The notes below the pieces were generated by a model. The model saw only the letters and a list, made by a program, of their open reading frames with translations, made no database searches and was not told the origin of the DNA. Made by a program: the position numbers and the translations under genes. From NCBI GenBank assembly GCA_030614005.1, contig JAUWKS010000025.1, positions 12,275-44,274 of the forward strand: a stretch of 32,000 nucleotides of DNA. The letters run 5' to 3'. This document shows, piece by piece, positions 9,190 through 17,695 of this stretch (its first letter is position 1; each line of letters opens with the position of its first letter). The DNA is from Candidatus Heimdallarchaeota archaeon (GTDB taxonomy: Archaea; Asgardarchaeota; Heimdallarchaeia; JABLTI01).

Positions 9190-10359
9190 TTACTCTGCTT
9201 CAGCATTATCCTTTGGTATCTCATCAAAGTATACTTTCTCGTAAGTATCATCGACAATGCGTATTCTATTCATTCTTCCCCACCGTTCTCGAGAGATAAT
9301 ACCTTTTTGATCTAATTCATTTATGTAATATGATACTTTGGCTTTGGAAAAACCCGCAAGCGAACAAATTTTTCTCTGAGTTGTTGTTCCCCCTTCATCT
9401 TTGATTATTTTTAAAATGTCTTTCTCAGGTTGAGAAAGCAAGGTTTCTACTATTACTTTACGTTCTTTATCTGAGCGTGTTTTATAGATTAAGGAAACTG
9501 TTGTACTACCAATAATACCTCCTACGAAAAACAACACAACCATTAATACCCAAATATATCCTGGAATTTTTAAAGTTGGAATTTCAGGGGTGTTAAAAGT
9601 TTGAAATCTAACGATCCACGAAAGAACTTCATCTTCTAGAACATTATAAAAGCTCCATTCAAATCGTCGTTCATCAACAGAAATATAATCTGCTTCCGGT
9701 TCTAGAGGCGCCGCATGAGTACTATTACCAAGAGAATAATCGTTTGGCAAAGTAACTGTTACTGCAAATTGGTCAACATATTCATCATTAACAATTGACC
9801 ATTGCAAAATATAGTTATTTTCAATTTCTTGACTTGTTAAAATAGCGTTTTCTAATAGAAAGGAGATTGAGAATGTGTAATATTCATTATATTCAAGTGG
9901 ATTGCTCAGAGTAATATTTAGTAAATGGTAATTTGCTATTGTTGTCCATTCATAGTATAGTGCTCCCTCAGCATCATAAACAAGGAATGACGAAATTCTA
10001 CTTTCTATTAAAATTGTCTCAATGTCAGCAATATAAACGATATTTCCAATGGACATGTTAACACTATTTTGATAGGTTATCTTGGCAGTAATAAAGACAT
10101 CTCTAGCATTAGGTTCAATATCAATAGTTAATTGGTAAATTAATCTATTTAGATTTTCATTTAAATTCGGCAGTAATTTAAATGGGAATGCAGGTTCTAA
10201 AGATTGACGATGGGAACCTAAAGGTACATTACTAATAGCACTGCTTTTTGAATTGATTAATTGTGTATTGATTAGAAGAGCAGTAACTATAATAATCGTT
10301 AGAGCAACAAACTTAGAACAATTCGCTCCGGATGAGAAAATGCTTTTTTTGTCCATCAT
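9190..10359 (-). CDS. Membrane-anchored winged-helix transcription regulator with large extracellular domain
   Basis: N-terminal signal/TM, about 230-aa beta-rich ectodomain, IPGY + TM helix, then LSQPEKDILKII...GG..TQRKI....GFSKAKVSYYINELDQKGII.RER.GRMNRI (wHTH). Start set at the ATG overlapping the upstream stop (TAATG) with a GGAG RBS; the ORF track gives 10401. Confidence 0.85.
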   Translation of the reverse strand: MMDKKSIFSSGANCSKFVALTIIIVTALLINTQLINSKSSAISNVPLGSHRQSLEPAFPFKLLPNLNENLNRLIYQLTIDIEPNARDVFITAKITYQNSVNMSIGNIVYIADIETILIESRISSFLVYDAEGALYYEWTTIANYHLLNITLSNPLEYNEYYTFSISFLLENAILTSQEIENNYILQWSIVNDEYVDQFAVTVTLPNDYSLGNSTHAAPLEPEADYISVDERRFEWSFYNVLEDEVLSWIVRFQTFNTPEIPTLKIPGYIWVLMVVLFFVGGIIGSTTVSLIYKTRSDKERKVIVETLLSQPEKDILKIIKDEGGTTTQRKICSLAGFSKAKVSYYINELDQKGIISRERWGRMNRIRIVDDTYEKVYFDEIPKDNAEAE

Positions 10360-11294
10360 TATTTCTCCTTTCTCCTTTTTTTGAAAATAATTAGTGTACA
10401 AATTGCTGAAAGAGTAATTAGAGATAAACTAACCCAGTCAAAACCACCTTGTTCCGTTGTGATCTCACAGAAAACTAGGAAGCTAAAAATGATTTGAGAA
10501 ATATCATATCTATAAGGCACCGAAACCCAAAAATCTGCAGGTTTACTTTCTTGTGCAACGATATTATAATTTGCAAAAAACATTGATTCATAAAATTCTT
10601 CCACACCACTATGTGTCTTTATAATCACCTGTGGTTTGAATTTGATATTAAATACATAATCTCCACTGATTATTTTGACAAAATAATAACCACTATCGAA
10701 ATCCATGTACGGTCCTAAACGAACATAATCTTCTGAGTCTAAAAGAAGCGTTTGGATATTTATTGCTATACCTCGTGAACCAGCTGAAAAATCCCAATTC
10801 GTTATATTGAGTTCTATAAAAGATTGACTCAGATCTTCTATATCATATGAATTTACGGAAGAATTTTGGTTGAATATTGTTAATGATAAATCTAAAGAGG
10901 CATTTCTATCGAGATTTACTTTGGAAAAATTAACACTCGATTTATATGCATCAGAAGTTCCAATCAAATCCCAATCAATATGCTCTAAAGAATAACCTTT
11001 TCCGTAAAGATTGTTTAAAGAATTCATAAAAACACTTGAGCTCTCATATTCTGAAATATAGTTGAATTTAAGTTTTATTTGACCAAATGATTCAAAATCG
11101 AAAAAAGCTGATGGTCCATGATCTTTTGGGATTGCTAATTCGTACAAATTACCTGCAAAGATTGTAAATTTATCATCCTCTTCAATTAAATTTGCTTGTC
11201 CTAAAACCTTGTCAACTAAAGAATACGTTTGAGAAAAAGCAAATATACTAGCAATAAAGATAACAATCAAAGATTTTCTTATTATAGGTTTCAT
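10359..11294 (-). CDS. Secreted/C-terminally anchored surface protein, unknown function
   Basis: Signal peptide MKPIIRKSLIVIFIASIFAFS, beta-rich body with N-x-S/T sequons, C-terminal TM + KKRRKEK. Its stop overlaps the ATG of the wHTH gene. The ORF track start is 11372. Confidence 0.8.
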   Translation of the reverse strand: MKPIIRKSLIVIFIASIFAFSQTYSLVDKVLGQANLIEEDDKFTIFAGNLYELAIPKDHGPSAFFDFESFGQIKLKFNYISEYESSSVFMNSLNNLYGKGYSLEHIDWDLIGTSDAYKSSVNFSKVNLDRNASLDLSLTIFNQNSSVNSYDIEDLSQSFIELNITNWDFSAGSRGIAINIQTLLLDSEDYVRLGPYMDFDSGYYFVKIISGDYVFNIKFKPQVIIKTHSGVEEFYESMFFANYNIVAQESKPADFWVSVPYRYDISQIIFSFLVFCEITTEQGGFDWVSLSLITLSAICTLIIFKKRRKEK

Positions 11295-11395
11295 AATTCT
11301 CATCCATCGAGCACAAAATTCATACAAATACTTAATCAATGAAATATAGATGTTTTTTGAATTAAAAATCATTCGCTAATTGTTCAGAATTCATC

Positions 11396-11431
11396 TGAAC
11401 TGTTCGCGAACTGTTGATGGGAACTATTTAA
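11396..11431. promoter_or_regulatory. Conserved DNA element copy 1 (TGAAC-N7/8-GAACTGT-N8-ACTATTTAA)
   Basis: TGAACTGTTCGCGAACTGT-tgatggga-ACTATTTAA; contains the perfect palindrome GTTCGCGAAC; preceded by GTTCAG-N7-CTGAAC. Confidence 0.7.
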
Positions 11432-11517
11432 CTTAAGTTTGGATATATATAATAATAAGTTTTAGAGAAGTTTTGCCTTCTTGATCTATCAAAACTCTGA
11501 TTAAAACTAAAGCTAAT

Positions 11518-11559
11518 ATGGTGGATTATTCAGGAGGTTTGGGGAAACCTCCTCACCAT
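11518..11559. other. GC-rich bulged hairpin between the two element copies
   Basis: ATGGTG-[gattattc bulge]-AGGAGGTTT-gggg-AAACCTCCT-CACCAT: 15 Watson-Crick pairs. Confidence 0.55.
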
Positions 11560-11643
11560 CCCCATTTCAATTGTTTTTTCAATTCTTTGAATTGATCAAA
11601 TAATTTTTTTATATAAAAATAGAAACAATCGTTCAGATAATGC

Positions 11644-11680
11644 TGAACAGTTTGCTGAACTGTTATTACAGACTATTTAA
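11644..11680. promoter_or_regulatory. Conserved DNA element copy 2
   Basis: TGAACAGTTTGCTGAACTGT-tattacag-ACTATTTAA; preceded by GTTCAG-N6-CTGAAC and followed by a TATATATA tract, as in copy 1. Confidence 0.7.
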
Positions 11681-11795
11681 TTGTTTTAGTGTATATATAT
11701 ATTTAGCAATTAGGAACCCTTAAGATGTGATTTGGCCGATAAAAATCATTTAAGGAATCCAAAAATTTGGGAAGGAAACTATCCCTCTTGATTAG

Positions 11796-11837
11796 TAAAA
11801 AGAGTTGCTGGGGAAATACAGCCCATTTCCCTTGCAA
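11796..11837 (-). terminator. Hairpin + U-tract downstream of 11858..12679
   Basis: TTGCTGGGGAAAT-acagccc-ATTTCCCTTGCAA stem (11805..11837) followed on the minus strand by CTCTTTTT, about 20 nt after the stop. Confidence 0.5.
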
Positions 11838-11857
11838 TATTTTACCCTTTTGAAAAA

Positions 11858-12679
11858 TTAATTTTGCTCAGTTTCTTCTGAAATATTATCTTCTTTAGTA
11901 GTATCTGATATTTCCTCAGGAGGAGATTCTAACCCTCTTTCTATTCTACTCACCTTCAATTCAGCAATCATAGCTTCATCAGTTTCTCTAGGAACATCAG
12001 GGTCCCCATAAAGACGATAGAGAGTTCTTGTTCTACTTATAGTATAAGCAGCTGCTAATTGAAATCCTATTCCTAGGAGCGGAAAGAGAAAGAAATAGAT
12101 ATTAATTTCAAATAGTCTCTCTGGGAAGGCTAGTGTTTCAATTAATGTATAAATGATCATAAAAGGTATGATAGATGCTACAGCATTGACAGAACTAATG
12201 CCTATTGCTTCTTTTTTATCTTGAACAAAGTAAGCAATAAATACTCCCAACATTGGAGGGAGTAAAAGCAAACCTAATACATGCATGCCATCACCTACAG
12301 TATTGTAAAATGCATAAGCAAAAGTAAAGAATCCACCGATTTCAATAAGAGTTATTACAATTGCTAGAATAGTAAATCTTTTTTTGTTAGGGATAAATTT
12401 TAATTCATCCCACGATTTTACAGGGCTTTTGATTTCAGATTTCTCATCTAATGATTCATTTATTTCTAAATCATTTGTTTCAATGAAATCATTGTTTTGT
12501 GTTTCAGAAGACTCAGTCAATCTATCTATCCACCTAAGATTTCTAATTGATGATTTAATCTCTGGTTTAAAGTTTTTAGTATTATATTGAATCATTTGCA
12601 CAGAAAAAGAACTGACTTGCATTAAATTTAAAGCATATGGAGATTTTTCTCTATATGTGTTGTGAGATACTTGACTCAA
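11858..12679 (-). CDS. Integral membrane protein (about 4 TM) with acidic soluble termini, unknown function
   Basis: Four hydrophobic segments in the central region. The start is uncertain and probably downstream of 12679, because the ORF overlaps the divergent HAD gene. Confidence 0.7.
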   Translation of the reverse strand: MSQVSHNTYREKSPYALNLMQVSSFSVQMIQYNTKNFKPEIKSSIRNLRWIDRLTESSETQNNDFIETNDLEINESLDEKSEIKSPVKSWDELKFIPNKKRFTILAIVITLIEIGGFFTFAYAFYNTVGDGMHVLGLLLLPPMLGVFIAYFVQDKKEAIGISSVNAVASIIPFMIIYTLIETLAFPERLFEINIYFFLFPLLGIGFQLAAAYTISRTRTLYRLYGDPDVPRETDEAMIAELKVSRIERGLESPPEEISDTTKEDNISEETEQN

Positions 12680-13336
12680 ATTGACTCTCTAATAAAACAA
12701 TGGGCTATCCGATGTGTAATACTTGATTTAGATGGGACACTTATTGATACACTTGACAAACACATTCAAGCCTTTGAAATGTTATTTGCTGAAATAGACG
12801 TAGATATTTCCCATGAGGCAATAGCTGAAAATATGGGTAGAACTCCAAAGGATACTCTCAAATCACTAGTACCTGAACTAGTTAAGGACAATGAGAAATT
12901 AGAACAATTAGCATCGAAAAAAGAAATGATTCTCTCAGGTTTGCTTGATACCATTCCTCTTTTTGATGGAGCCATTGAACTATTAGATAATCTAAAAAGT
13001 ATGGGTTTGCCACTTTGTTTAGCATCATCAACACCAAAATATAATGTAATGAAGATGTTGAAAGCTGTCAAAATAGATCAATATTTCAAAGTAATTATCA
13101 CTGGCGAAGATATTACAATTGGAAAACCAAATCCTCAAGCGTTTCTAAAAGCAGCAAAAAAGGCAAATATCGTCCCTCAACATTGCTTAGTAATAGGTGA
13201 TTCACCTCATGATGTTGCTGCTGCTACTAATGCAGGGATGAAAATAATTGCTGTTAATACTGGTAAACATGATCTTCACAAAATCGAGATAAATAATATT
13301 GAAAAAATCATTTCCTCATTGGAGGAGCTGCTTTAA
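12662..13336 (+). CDS. HAD-superfamily phosphatase (beta-PGM/CbbY-like)
   Basis: Motif I DLDGTLIDT, motif II LASS, motif III KPNP, motif IV IGDSPHD. Start uncertain. Confidence 0.92.
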   Translation: MRYLTQIDSLIKQWAIRCVILDLDGTLIDTLDKHIQAFEMLFAEIDVDISHEAIAENMGRTPKDTLKSLVPELVKDNEKLEQLASKKEMILSGLLDTIPLFDGAIELLDNLKSMGLPLCLASSTPKYNVMKMLKAVKIDQYFKVIITGEDITIGKPNPQAFLKAAKKANIVPQHCLVIGDSPHDVAAATNAGMKIIAVNTGKHDLHKIEINNIEKIISSLEELL

Positions 13337-13482
13337 GTAGCAACTACAAAAATTCAAACTGAAAAATGTGAAAATGATAACTTTGCTTTTATAATAGTAC
13401 ACACAATTTAAAATAGTAAAAACTCTTATAAGTTAGAGTCTTTTATCAGATATATTCATAAAAGAACCGATTGGTGAACATT

Positions 13483-13641
13483 ATGGCTAGAACAAATTTC
13501 GGATGGCAATTATTAGGAACAGTATTAGTTGGTGTTGTATTTGCGCTTCCAATTATAATTGGTTATTACATCGTTAAGGGGATAACGAGTAGAGTCGAAA
13601 AACGAAAAGAAAAAGTTGTAAAAGATCATACAGTTGTCTAA
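13483..13641 (+). CDS. Small single-pass membrane protein, 52 aa, not in ORF track
   Basis: MARTNFGWQLLGTVLVGVVFALPIIIGYYIVKGITSRVEKRKEKVVKDHTVV*; GGTGA RBS 6 nt upstream; T-rich tract after the stop. Confidence 0.7.
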   Translation: MARTNFGWQLLGTVLVGVVFALPIIIGYYIVKGITSRVEKRKEKVVKDHTVV

Positions 13642-13746
13642 TTAACTGTCTTTTTCTCCATTTTTTCATTTTATTTTAATTTGTTTTGAGTTATTTTTGA
13701 GACTAGTATTAGTTCTATTGGTTTTTTCTAGAAAATTAAGGATTGT

Positions 13747-16512
13747 TTAATTTTCTTCTTCATCAATAAATGCACTTAGTTTTGTTTGTTTTGATTTTTG
13801 CTTGGCTGATTTTTCATCAGTTGTATCTATGAATTCTCTTTCACTTGCAGATTTTGTTGGTAATCTTTTAAGTATCTCATCAATAGGTTCCATTGTAAGT
13901 TTATTCTTAATATCTTGTAACGTAATTTTAATACCAAATCCTTCAGATGCACGTAGGATTTCTGTTACATAATGTTCACGATCGATATCTGTTGCATATT
14001 TAGGATGTCTCGCGCGGTCACTAATCAAACCTGAACCTGGAGTAACGACCCATGGGAATTTATCAAATTCTTTCCATTCTGTTATTGGATCTAATCCTTC
14101 TTTTTTTGCATAATCGAGAAAAGCAAGAACAGCAGGCATTTTCGTTTTATATTTACTTGGCTCCTTTTTAACAGGTGATAATACCAATGCTTTTTCTAGT
14201 AATTTATCAACGGGCATCTGTAAAATATCCTTGGATAAATTAATTAGATACTTGGTTGCTTTCTTTAACCCGAGATCGACAAATTCAGTATCTTTTTCCT
14301 GTTTATTTTTCTTCTTTACTGGTTCTTTTAGAATAAGTTCCAGAACTTTCGTTTGTGCATCTCGAGAGAGAAAAGACCAGTCAGAACGAACTGCCTCAAA
14401 GCCCTTTATTTGCAGACGATTATCTAATAAACTAAAATAGCTATATGCTTTTGCGCGACCTGGTTTGAAAATTAATTTGTAAGCAATATCTTCTAGCGTT
14501 AAATCCATAGCTTCTGGAAATTGCTTATTTAGATTTTTTAATATTTTATCTGTTAATGATAATAGTTTAGCCAATTTTTTCTTTTTCTTTGATGGATTAT
14601 TTTCATTAAAGACATCAATAACAAAACCTTCGTCTAGAATTTTGATAAAAGCGCTGTCGGTATCGCCATAAACGATATCTACCGGAGTTATTTCTTTGGA
14701 AATTTTCTGGAGTAATTTCTCCATTCTAAGAATATATGTTCGAGCAATATTTGTTATTGCGTTGCCTAATGTAATGGAATAGAACCGACTGCGAATATAG
14801 TTGTGTGCACCATACATTGAATTTGCAACGATTTTTAGTGAATATTGCTCTTTATTGAGTATCTCTTTTTCGCTTAGTAATTTCACTAGTGTTGGTTCAT
14901 CTACCTTTTCAGTTATTTTCTGAGTGACTTTCTTAATTTTGTTTTTTACTTCTTCTCTTCTATTTATTAATGTGGCTTCCATCAAAGAAAGACATGATTG
15001 TGGTTTAGAATTGAACATCTCGAGAGGATTTATTCTTTCAATTTCCTTGAATTTCTTCAAGGTTTCTCCCCCAACATTATGGGCTACACAGACAGAAGGA
15101 TACATACTTCTGAAGTCGCTAATTATAACTCCAACATGTAAGCTACCTTTAGGAATGAGGACAGTTCCTCCTGTATGAGGATTCTTTTTCCGGTCAGTTA
15201 ATCTTTGTGCAACCTCTTTGTCATCAGGAGCCATTGGAATGAGTACTCCTTTAAGACGGCAAAAACGCATTAATTCAAACTCACCTTGGATTCTTTCAGT
15301 GCTTGCAGGTGATTCACCTGCGGGATATCCTGTTAAACGGATAACTTCGAACCATCCTTGTATACCCAATTTCCAGAAAAGCTGATAGGTGAGCACACTG
15401 TCTCTAATAGCATATTTTTTTAGTAATGCTCTATCTGTAGTATTGCCATTAAGATAACCAGAACGCCAAATTTCTCCTGTTGTTCGCTGAATATCGATTT
15501 TCCCTTCATCTAAAACTGCTTCTGCAATATCTCCCAAACCCTTCTTACCGGAAATTGGATGAATGCCCCAAGTACGAGGTGAAATATCATACGATATTCT
15601 TCCTTTCATTCTAAACGTTCTATGCCTGTTTGAGTAAAAAACAGTATCATCTCTAAATTGTGAAAAAAGTCTATTGTCAATTCCTAATTTGTCCATTCTT
15701 GCTAGCAAATACGGGATATCAAAATTATCGCCATTAAAAGTGATCAAAGCATCTGGTTGAATGTTTACAATATCATCAAGAAATTCCAGAAGGACTCTTC
15801 TTTCATCCTTATCTGTATTTTCTTTTAAAATGAATAGCTTTTTCGAATACTCTAGAGAGTCATTACCTAAAGCATAAGATATCACTGTTATTCTCTTTCT
15901 AGTTTCAGTGATGAGTTGTTGAATAGTTTCTGTTTGATGATCAACCTCGATATCAAAAGCCATAATCTTCAATTTATAGAAATAATCTGGGGAAGAAATT
16001 ATCTCATTAAGAGCGGGTTGAATGTTTTCACATTTTGCTTCAATAATTATATCCTTGTCTTTTAATTGAATAGTTGTTGCTTTTACTTTTACTATATTCA
16101 AGCATCTGATATTTAAATCAAGAAGAACGCGTTTGACAAAAGGAATATCTGCCTCGTGAATTTCAAATCCTGCTTGAAGGAATCTTTGCCTTATTGTTGG
16201 AGTTTGCTCTGGGTGGGTACCAAATAGTTGCACTAATTGTATCTGTTCTCCTCCAAAATACCTCTTCATTGAAACCTCTTCTTTTCTGATAACCCATTTG
16301 TGAACTATTGAATCATTCTGAATGAATTTATCCAGTCCAGCTTTTTTCGTTAAGTAGAAATAAGGGTGAAAATTTGTCACTTTAACTAAGATATTTTCTT
16401 TTTTGGTCTTCCCAAATAAGCGAACTGTAGGAGACGATGCGTTTGTATCAATTTTATAATCAATATCAATCAACATAAAGTTAAATTCTGCATCTCCAGA
16501 CATTTTCGACAC
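13747..16512 (-). CDS. polB: Family B DNA polymerase (archaeal PolB3-like), proofreading and polymerase motifs intact
   Basis: ExoI FDIE, ExoII FNGDNFDIPYL, ExoIII YAIRD; Pol A DFRSMYPS, B KIVANSMYG, C YGDTDS; KGFEAVRSDWS; C-terminal PIP box QTKLSAF (13765..13788). Confidence 0.97.
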   Translation of the reverse strand: MSKMSGDAEFNFMLIDIDYKIDTNASSPTVRLFGKTKKENILVKVTNFHPYFYLTKKAGLDKFIQNDSIVHKWVIRKEEVSMKRYFGGEQIQLVQLFGTHPEQTPTIRQRFLQAGFEIHEADIPFVKRVLLDLNIRCLNIVKVKATTIQLKDKDIIIEAKCENIQPALNEIISSPDYFYKLKIMAFDIEVDHQTETIQQLITETRKRITVISYALGNDSLEYSKKLFILKENTDKDERRVLLEFLDDIVNIQPDALITFNGDNFDIPYLLARMDKLGIDNRLFSQFRDDTVFYSNRHRTFRMKGRISYDISPRTWGIHPISGKKGLGDIAEAVLDEGKIDIQRTTGEIWRSGYLNGNTTDRALLKKYAIRDSVLTYQLFWKLGIQGWFEVIRLTGYPAGESPASTERIQGEFELMRFCRLKGVLIPMAPDDKEVAQRLTDRKKNPHTGGTVLIPKGSLHVGVIISDFRSMYPSVCVAHNVGGETLKKFKEIERINPLEMFNSKPQSCLSLMEATLINRREEVKNKIKKVTQKITEKVDEPTLVKLLSEKEILNKEQYSLKIVANSMYGAHNYIRSRFYSITLGNAITNIARTYILRMEKLLQKISKEITPVDIVYGDTDSAFIKILDEGFVIDVFNENNPSKKKKKLAKLLSLTDKILKNLNKQFPEAMDLTLEDIAYKLIFKPGRAKAYSYFSLLDNRLQIKGFEAVRSDWSFLSRDAQTKVLELILKEPVKKKNKQEKDTEFVDLGLKKATKYLINLSKDILQMPVDKLLEKALVLSPVKKEPSKYKTKMPAVLAFLDYAKKEGLDPITEWKEFDKFPWVVTPGSGLISDRARHPKYATDIDREHYVTEILRASEGFGIKITLQDIKNKLTMEPIDEILKRLPTKSASEREFIDTTDEKSAKQKSKQTKLSAFIDEEEN

Positions 16513-16619
16513 TCATGGTTTAATTAAAAATATCGTATACAATAGAATATTGTTCATAGATTTTTAACTTCATCTGTAACAAAAGTAACTGATAGAGAGA
16601 GCGGAAAAAAAGGTATTAT

Positions 16620-17612
16620 TTATCTAAAAGTTTTGGCTATCTGTTTCAGATCATCGTCACTCAATAAAGTATCAGGAGAAATAATTATTTTATAGATACA
16701 ATCACGGCATAAATCATCGCCAATTTTCGCCCCGTAGATTTGTGATAAAACAAGTGAATCTTCATATCGTTTTAATGTAACTCTTATTCCGCGAGTTTCA
16801 ATTTGAAATTTAGTAACTGGACACCTTAAAATCTCTTCACCATTTTTCTTTATACAGAAATCAGGACAAATTTCATTTCCAGAACTTTCAAGTGCATCCT
16901 TACGCAAATCTGGAAGAATTCCAAGAACCATTTTATTTACTTCCTCATGAAAACCAAAATTTGTTGTTTCAGTTTCAATAAATTCATCGCGATTCAAACA
17001 ATAGGTTGTTCCATTTTCGAACTCCTTTTTCATTGGACAAGGATAGTGAAATGAATAGTCTTCTTCTTTTTTCTTATCAACAACAAATTCTATTTTTTCA
17101 CCGGTGGTTTGTTCGTAAATCCATTTGAAAACGTCCAATAAACCATCAAGAGTGACAGCACTCGTACTGAAAACATCCCAAGAGCGATCTAAAATACTCT
17201 TTAAACCTAATTTACTTATAACATATTTTTCCTTCATAGTTTTCTTAAGGTCAGATTTATGACGAAGAACACAAATTGGAGTGAGCTTTTTATTGGTATG
17301 CTTTAGAATTCTGTGAAATTCATCTTTAACTTCTTCAAACCGTTTCTTATCGCTTGCATCCAAAACAAAAACAATGAGATCAGCAAAAGGAAGTAGAGGA
17401 GTAATTTCTTCTCGGAAACGTTCTTGTCCACCAAGGTCAAAAATTCTAAAATTCATATCTTTAAATGAAAGAGTATTAAGAGAAACGCCTAACGTAGGTG
17501 CGGTTTTGAATACATCACCTTTCGTAAAGATATTTTGTATGGTTGTTTTTCCAGCATTAGATAATCCACAAAAAAGAATTACTCTGGATTTTTCTTTACC
17601 CTTTCTGAGCAT
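16620..17612 (-). CDS. Arf/Arl-like small GTPase fused to a Cys-rich C-terminal domain
   Basis: G1 GLSNAGKTT, G2 TAPTLG, G3 DLGGQ, FVLDASD, G4 HKSD, G5 TSA; about 150-aa extension with 7 Cys. Confidence 0.88.
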   Translation of the reverse strand: MLRKGKEKSRVILFCGLSNAGKTTIQNIFTKGDVFKTAPTLGVSLNTLSFKDMNFRIFDLGGQERFREEITPLLPFADLIVFVLDASDKKRFEEVKDEFHRILKHTNKKLTPICVLRHKSDLKKTMKEKYVISKLGLKSILDRSWDVFSTSAVTLDGLLDVFKWIYEQTTGEKIEFVVDKKKEEDYSFHYPCPMKKEFENGTTYCLNRDEFIETETTNFGFHEEVNKMVLGILPDLRKDALESSGNEICPDFCIKKNGEEILRCPVTKFQIETRGIRVTLKRYEDSLVLSQIYGAKIGDDLCRDCIYKIIISPDTLLSDDDLKQIAKTFR

Positions 17613-17695
17613 ACAATATTCATTTCACTGTTCCATAAAATACCTTTCGATAGCGCACTTCTTTCATTTTGGAAATTATGTATAAAAGGAGGTTT

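Noticed and set aside
13747-16512. Intein, inactivation, or eukaryotic Pol delta-type Cys-rich CTD in PolB
   Set aside because: Catalytic motifs are intact and normally spaced, no intein-sized insertion is present, and the C-terminus has a PIP box but no CysA/CysB motifs.
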